From Botryllus schlosseri (taxonomy: Eukaryota): 64,000 bases of DNA. Position 1 is the stretch's first letter; each line of letters begins with the position of its first letter. Of the stretch, positions 59,001 through 64,000 are shown one piece after another. The notes beneath the pieces are model-generated. The model saw nothing but the letters and a program-made list of their open reading frames with translations, was not told the origin of the DNA and searched no databases. Made by a program: the position numbers and the translations under genes. Where the stretch lies: assembly GCA_051294905.1 (NCBI GenBank), contig CM119372.1:13704001-13768000 (forward strand), read 5' to 3'.

Positions 59001-60824
59001 CAGGGCCCAGGAGTTGCATTTAGTAGCGTGCATCATTCTCGGCCAGACGTTGTATTTAAGAGGTGTTGTGAGGTAGAATCAACATTGTGCTAGAAACAGT
59101 CGAAGTCGAGTGAGACGTAGAGTCCGACTTTTGGTTTATTAATATTGACTGCCTTTCCGAGTCACAATTTGAAATCAAACAGTCTCAGCCATTCTAGTCC
59201 AATCACAGGCAAAGATAAATAAATATACATGTTACGGCCTAGCCTAGAAACCCTTTTAAAGGGGGTGATGCATATTTGCATCAGTTCAAGGTGAGAATTG
59301 CGATGACAATTTCGCCGTCAGCACGTGTCTTTGACAACCGATTATGTTTGCCATGAAAAGCTGGCAATTTTCTGCTTCGTTTGATACATTATTCATATTT
59401 TTCTGTGTAGAAAATTTTTTGCTGCTATTTCTTTTTTAAATGATGGTAGAGGGGTATAAGCAGCTCACTTTTAAACTGGAACTGCCCGGGTTCCGGGTTC
59501 AAGTTCCGGGAAAGTCACAATATGAATTTGAAAAGTGGTGCTTATATTTCATCAATACCAAACCCCTTCAAATGGATTAATTCATATCAAGGAGTAAAAT
59601 GGGTCATTAACACTTTTATATCAGCGGAAATCGAACCAATGAAGTAAATAGGATACCGGTATTCAAAATATTGAATCCAGAGATGACCACATAGAGAGCA
59701 GTTGATGCTTGATACTAACCTGGCCATCATAAGGTTCTTGCACTGACGATTTACAGAAGACGTAATTATTGTGTAAGTAGTTCTTTATTTCCTTCTTCAA
59801 ACTTCTGAAAGCCTTGAAATTTTCACTGTTCACGATACGCGCATAGAACTCTACAGGAGAATTCAACTGGAAATGACGTGTTAAACTACATGTTAACGGA
59901 GGTTATAGTCCAAGACACGCGGTACAGATTAGTATGTAAGACGACTAGAATTTGAACTCTAATAGTTGGCCATTTCCTCGCTCTATCATCAAGTATGCAA
60001 TAATGAGACCATGATATAGGAGAGCTTGTCAAACAAAGGACCTTCATATCCCTTGTATTATAAATTTCAGCACTTCAAAGCATCACAAGATTATGAATTA
60101 ATTGGTGAGAAGTAATTATCAAGCCTAATCTTCAGCCTACGGCATTACGGTCCAAGACAGAGATCACCAATGTCGTGACCGTGGGCATCAACTCGGCAAT
60201 AAGGACCAGTTGAGTTGCCAATAGTGGAAGTAGCAAATATTCAAATGACAACTTCAAGTGAAAAAGTGAAGTGGAAAATGGTTAAATGTGAACTGCATTT
60301 AAACATGGGTCACTCGACCCTAACAAACATGCAAATGCAGTTTTCAATTGAAAGGGAATCTAGCTCGAGCCTAAACCTGAAGATTGGCCGTTTGGCGCCC
60401 CGTGCGACAACGTAACTGAACTCGTAGACGCTGGCGTGAGTCCCAGGAAGAGTTAGGCCTATATTTTCATTGCAAGGAGTGGAAACCCTGCAGTGCTCTG
60501 AATGTTCAAGTGAAGATATTCAACTAATTACAGGCAAACGGCAGTAGCAACTGGTAGCCCATCACATTAATCAGTACCGAAGAAGTTGCTCCTGGTTTCA
60601 AAAAGGTTGCTTGCTAACCCCTGGTGTAACATCATTATACCAACCGCTTGAGATTTGAAAATATCTCCTCTTATCTTCACCAAAAGGATTAGCACAAGCA
60701 GCCCGCACGCCACAAGCTATATTACCTTCTCAACACAAATTTGAATCTCCTGCCCATCCTCTACTTCAAAGTTTCCGCCTTTCACATTCAAATCGGTCGA
60801 TAGAATTTTTTTCCACTTTGACAT
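16666..60824 (-). CDS. TDRD12: Tudor domain-containing protein 12 (putative RNA helicase TDRD12, piRNA pathway), multi-exon, ~1700 aa
   Basis: Manual phase-consistent GT-AG model (minus strand): 60824-60726, 59866-59720, 58563-58427, 58367-58248, 58183-58122, 57982-57817, 56948-56897, 56838-56363, 56020-55929, 55872-55667, 54854-54633, 53108-52921, 52276-52141, 51950-51834, 51137-50969, 50897-50773, 50374-50265, 45646-45526, 45466-45335, 45273-45116, 40969-40810, 40747-40598, 40532-40434, 39385-39219, 39157-39085, (38274-38247 tentative), 26035-25766, 24517-24275, 20769-20558, 18910-18725, 18290-18157, 18091-18013, 17918-17869, 17032-16972, 16896-16776, 16709-16666. Total 5112 nt, open frame. 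Domain order (Tudor, DEAD-like helicase, LCP..C..C..H, Tudor) and motifs (QAHAWP, LEAAVFG, FATDDVVP, AVEIRVCGVRPND, ATLGHTMWL) match TDRD12 as I recall it. Exons after 39085 are less certain. Confidence 0.88.
21262..22922. mobile_element. hAT element (TIR tagagcccgaccgat) containing a second hAT at 21333-22623
   Basis: Outer TSD gtatattc (21254-21261, 22923-22930); inner TIR cag(a/g)cctgtttatttttg with TSD ccgataac (21325-21332, 22624-22631). Confidence 0.9.
22931..23560 (-). pseudogene. Decayed hAT-like transposase fragment
   Basis: Minus-strand CDTASVDTGRQNGVV followed in another frame by YIGC*HPIID, like the FDTTxxNTG...CxHH transposase motifs; stops and frameshifts. Confidence 0.5.
28515..29342 (+). 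mobile_element. Second copy of the tagggcg MITE (empty site for the Penelope-like insertion)
   Basis: Colinear with 14340-15649 minus 14597-15010; TSD gtcattag/gttattag. Confidence 0.9.
29728..35486. mobile_element. hAT-type element with (gtaatc)n subterminal repeats hosting at least five nested insertions
   Basis: TIR cagacatgggg / ccccatgtctg; TSD aatcagat 29720-29727 and 35487-35494. Nested: 30577-31744 (TSD agcgtggg), ~31766-35133, 31813-34409 (TSD ggtattgg), 31825-32808 (TSD gttgtaac), 32818-33890 (TSD ttgtaacg/c). Confidence 0.85.
35681..38011. mobile_element. Charlie-like hAT MITE hosting two further elements
   Basis: TIR caggggtgggcaaac; TSD gattacat 35673-35680 and 38012-38019; partial relative at ~19060-19681; nested 36236-37503 and 37519-37834. 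Confidence 0.88.
36236..37503 (+). mobile_element. hAT deletion derivative with transposase remnants
   Basis: TIR tagagcccgaccgat; TSD gtatttac; remnants FAHPLQLFVND (CxxH region) and WNRNEERFPILAVPLTMVPSERL (hAT dimerisation-domain pattern). Confidence 0.88.
39085..45466 (-). CDS. TDRD12: TDRD12 exons 19-25: CCCH zinc finger and second extended Tudor domain
   Basis: LCPTLQFVGECPNIAACRYRH; GQVKIRVTHVVDATHYYG; VKYIDTGK...LVTLPESLRSIPRQAVEIRVCGVRPNDRDCKW; DLEGIVVATLGHTMWL...FNVAQELLKLKYA. Confidence 0.88.
41009..44037. mobile_element. Composite non-autonomous transposon (TIR cataggcgccga)
   Basis: TSD cgactgcg/caactgcg; same TIR as 30577-31744; 41280-41820 is an inverted homologue of ~30990-31560. 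Confidence 0.75.
44046..44150 (+). mobile_element. Degenerate fragment of the same Penelope-like pLTR
   Basis: gactgttgatatac...cagacgag...ttcggattaatttcaatatgaatatactgttaaattgt aligns by eye with 14865-14990; hammerhead core disrupted. Confidence 0.55.
45526..55872 (-). CDS. TDRD12: TDRD12 exons 10-18: DEAD-box-like helicase core with degenerate motifs
   Basis: Q-motif region GPKLIQAHAWP, motif I APGCGGKM, Ia VVITPNWNRAQ, GG loop, motif II LVFDSAH, second RecA domain VAVFTD/AHG/LFATD/VVVH. Confidence 0.9.
45773..47438. mobile_element. Foldback/palindromic element, ~800-bp arms
   Basis: Arms are reverse complements along their length; TIR tagggttgtccaaaattt; TSD gtgtttat 45765-45772 and 47439-47446. 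Confidence 0.92.
47575..48072 (+). repeat. Near-identical direct copy of 42369-42860
   Basis: About 5 substitutions and one 6-nt expansion; flanked by a 27-bp direct repeat. Confidence 0.95.
48177..49621. mobile_element. Second foldback element, ~530-620-bp arms with ~285-bp spacer
   Basis: 48177-48802 is the reverse complement of 49088-49621 with indels; TSD atatacac/atttacac. Confidence 0.88.
51255..51440 (+). mobile_element. Short tRNA-derived SINE-like element
   Basis: A box tagcgtagtgg and B-box-like gcttcgattcc; no valid cloverleaf. Confidence 0.5.
55224..55490 (-). mobile_element. tRNA-derived SINE, same family as 7357-7650
   Basis: gatagtgtaatggtgatgcgtccggctt...gggttaaatccccggc; CT-rich tail; flanked by atcaactg/attaactg. 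Confidence 0.72.
57817..60824 (-). CDS. TDRD12: TDRD12 exons 1-6: N-terminal extended Tudor domain
   Basis: MSKW...ICVEK/LNSPVEFYARIV...PYDGQ/RCIVKTDNGLYHRAKI...CVLLDEF/...CFGLHGIVP/...WDPAACAFL/...FLNDELIGMEFA; typical extended-Tudor layout, intron phases consistent. Confidence 0.85.
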
Positions 60825-62294
60825 CGTGCCTGCAAGTTTAGAAAGAAATACTATAAGTCACATGGCAAACTAGTGCCTAGAAACATGGCAGTGCAACTGG
60901 GATAGTGTTGACAGTTACGTTTCCAACCAGAGTTTTGATGAACCCATAAACTTGGTTTTCCGGTTGTTTTCAACTACCGGTACGAGAAACCAGAGATTTT
61001 ATAGGAATATAATTGCTTTTTCTGGATTGACACACATTTAAATATGTTACGTTATGATGCAACCATATAAGGCTGCTCCAATTGACACTTTTTTGATATA
61101 AACCCTACTAGAAAGATATGGGTTATCAAAAGGGTGCTTTATCTAATGAGAGCAAGATATTAAAAATATAAATCTCTTTAAAACCGGATAAATCTCATGA
61201 GCCTGAAACCCAGGTCAAGAAATAAACCCCAAATTGAAATCATCACAGTACTGACTTTGTAATCCAGTGATTTCCAAGGTGAGTGTTGCCAGATTCTCAG
61301 GTGTACCGCGAATCTTTTTGGAATATTGGAAAAGAACTGCATAGACATAAGTTGAAAAGTTTGAGAACCACTAGTGTAATCATGTAGCTGGCAAGTGGCA
61401 ACCAAAGCACTATATTTAATCAAACTACCCCTAATCAGAATCTATATCCTGTCACACTGCAATTTTGAAAATATGAATCATAATCTTGTCAGAGAGCATG
61501 GGAACACGCAAAATAGCACAAACTAAGAGTCGTGCCACCAACTGATCGCTACAGTTACATGTTTACCAGTATTTCCCCATGATTCCCAATGCTAATTACA
61601 TTGTCATCACGTATCATAACAACCTTATGCTTGTGTCGCTTCAGGCCTGGGGCTGGGTAAACACTTCGGTCTATATCCCCTTCCTGTTTTGCCTTGCCAT
61701 TAGAATTCAATTACAAATTCAAGCAGGCGTGTCCATAGCTAGTGGAGAAAATCGGCTACGTCAGAAATCATGCCCTCTCTATCAGTCGAGAAAATCATGT
61801 TCATAACATCGCGACCCCACAAAACACGTCTATAGTCATGTAAAAACACAGGTCAACTTTTCAATAATGCACTGTATAGACGCAGAGTAATGAAAGAATT
61901 GGCATGTGGCGATAACGATAAGTATTGCATCCTGTCACTGTGATTGGCTTACGTAACAATGCTAATTACTGAGTAATTAGCGATTTTGAGGGCAACTTTT
62001 GGAGGCTCCGGTTTCCTGCCAATAATATAATTCATAAACATGAGTTGTCTATAATGCAACTGCCCTTATTATGTATGGGACTGATGTTATTATGCATCAA
62101 CAGCCCAGCCCTAGTGTGTGATTACCAGTTGAATAGCCCAACCTGAAAAAGTCAAAGATGAAGAGGCAAGTGAGAATTTATTTCAGAGGAAGAATAGGCC
62201 CTGTTGAATCTTACCTGATGCCATGCAATCATTAACACAGCCCAGTAAGTTACAGTCTGAGATTTTGTTTTCTATTTACCGATCACAATATCTA

Positions 62295-62765
62295 CACTAC
62301 AAAAAAAAATTAGACAAATTGGTCTCAAAATTAGACAAATTTGGTCTCAAATTTAAGAAATGAGGATGATTTGGTCTCATTTTACCACCCACTCACCATA
62401 AATGCTATTTTCGACTCAGACAACCATATATATATTGATCTGAATAGTACATGTGAGTAGTAAGTGGCATGTACCTTGATAACTATATCTAGTGAATACC
62501 TTGTAAACTTAGTACAGGATCATCTCAACACTGCAATTTCTGGTCTCTCTCATCCTTCCCCTCCTCCGCTCAGACCCCTAACACTGAAAAGGATGCCCCC
62601 GAGGCACTGCTACTATTTTCGATCAATTTCTGGCTTACTTTTGAGACATAAAGTACTTGGTAAGACTAATTGGTCTTTAAGACTTATTGGTCTTTAAGAC
62701 TTTTTTTTTGTAAAAAATCGATTTGAGACATTGAGACCAAATTTGTCTTATTTTTTTTTGTAGTG
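62295..62765. mobile_element. CACTA/EnSpm-type MITE
   Basis: TIR cactacaaaaaaaaa / tttttttttgtagtg with ggtctcaa subterminal repeats; TA on both sides. Confidence 0.78.
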
Positions 62766-64000
62766 TACCGGTAGCTGTTAAAGACTGGACATCAGAAGCA
62801 AATACGCAATGACAGGTACTAAGCGGCCGCACCGCTCAGCAGTTAAAGTTACAGTTATCAAATCAGTTATGAACATTAGATAAGCTAGATGGAGATTTCA
62901 CGTCCGATTTTATTGATGTTTGCTGCTTCCTAGATTCACTATTATGTGAGGACAGTGTAATACCGGTATGTATTGTCAGTATATCATTAATGATGCAGTT
63001 TGTTTGTTACGGCAATATTTCCTCCGGTATGATTTTCCTTTCTAGAAATAGTCAAGAAATCAGGTTTGCGCAAAAGAATTATTGCAATGACGGCACTGTA
63101 TTAACTCTAACAGCAATCGTATGCGTGGTTAAAGCCTTAGGGGCTTATGCTGATGCAGTTATTCAAACCAAGGCAAATCATACATATAGCCTATTATGAG
63201 CATTCAGCAGTTCTTCTATTTTTTCCGCCGATAACATGGAAAACTACAAAGTGATACACACGAATGAAATAATGCGAAGATATTTTTATTCGCATTTCTT
63301 ATCGTTTCTACAGAATATTTCGAGCCAAATAACCAATTTCAGTAGAAACCACTTCGAGTCGCGGCTCCGTAGCCAAGCAGAACACGTGATTGTTTGAGAA
63401 TGTGCATGTTCCGGTTACTGGATAACAAGCTCCTTTAAATTTTAATGGTAAGAAATAATATATGTCACATTGAATGGGGTAATATGTTGCCTCGAATGAA
63501 TATGTTTGCATCTGGATTGAAGGGAAACGATTCCGAGCAATAATTCGATGAGGAAACATTAACAAACTTGAGCATCTGGGCTATAACAAATCCATGGGTA
63601 CTAGTAATAGACTAAATTTTCAATTTTGATATACGTCGGTCACATAGGCACATTATTCTCTTTCTCTCTCTCACGCATACACACATTCCCTTCCCAAGTG
63701 TTTGAGGTTTATCTAGGCTCTACGGAGCTGGTAGGAGCAGCGCAAATCGCAAACGTATTGGCCATTATTGCACAAGCGATTGAGCATTCACACTCTCACC
63801 ATGGAAAACTGAATGGGATAGAACGGTAACTGCGTGGCCTGTCAATCATTTCCGGTCGGGTAACAGTGACCTCACGAGTTGAGCAAATTTGCGCCAGTCA
63901 CAAAACCTTAGCATTGAGAAAGTGTCTGTTTTCTGTTAGTGATCTTTTGGGGCATTTGACCTTGTAGTAGATGTTTTGCAGATATGTATTAGTGATTAAT

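Noticed and set aside
1..64000. Prokaryotic operons, CRISPR arrays or defence systems; most short ORFs in the supplied track
   Set aside because: The sequence is intron-containing eukaryotic DNA. The ORFs are exon fragments, antisense shadows or repeat artefacts, and no repeat array has unique spacers.

Overview
Eukaryotic (metazoan) genomic DNA, not prokaryotic. It has GT-AG spliced genes with many 55-75 nt introns, tRNA-derived SINEs and dense non-autonomous DNA transposons; a tunicate or other invertebrate deuterostome is my guess, but it cannot be proven from the window. About 44 kb of the minus strand (60824->16666) is one ~36-exon gene that I assembled by hand into ~1700 aa: Tudor, DEAD-box-like pseudo-helicase, CCCH zinc finger, second Tudor, unusual C-terminus. 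It is an orthologue of the piRNA-pathway factor TDRD12. A partial C-type lectin gene (EPN type) lies at 3086-4067 (+). The rest is deeply nested hAT-type MITEs with 8-bp TSDs, two giant palindromic elements, SINEs, a LINE tail and minisatellites. Most interesting: (i) a 414-bp Penelope-like insertion carrying two inverted minimal hammerhead ribozymes; (ii) a TDRD12 with an apparently dead ATPase site and no recognisable CS domain; (iii) one TDRD12 intron made largely of two foldback elements plus a microhomology-flanked templated insertion; (iv) multi-level transposon stacks that can be ordered by their TSDs. All calls were made by eye; no database searches were run.
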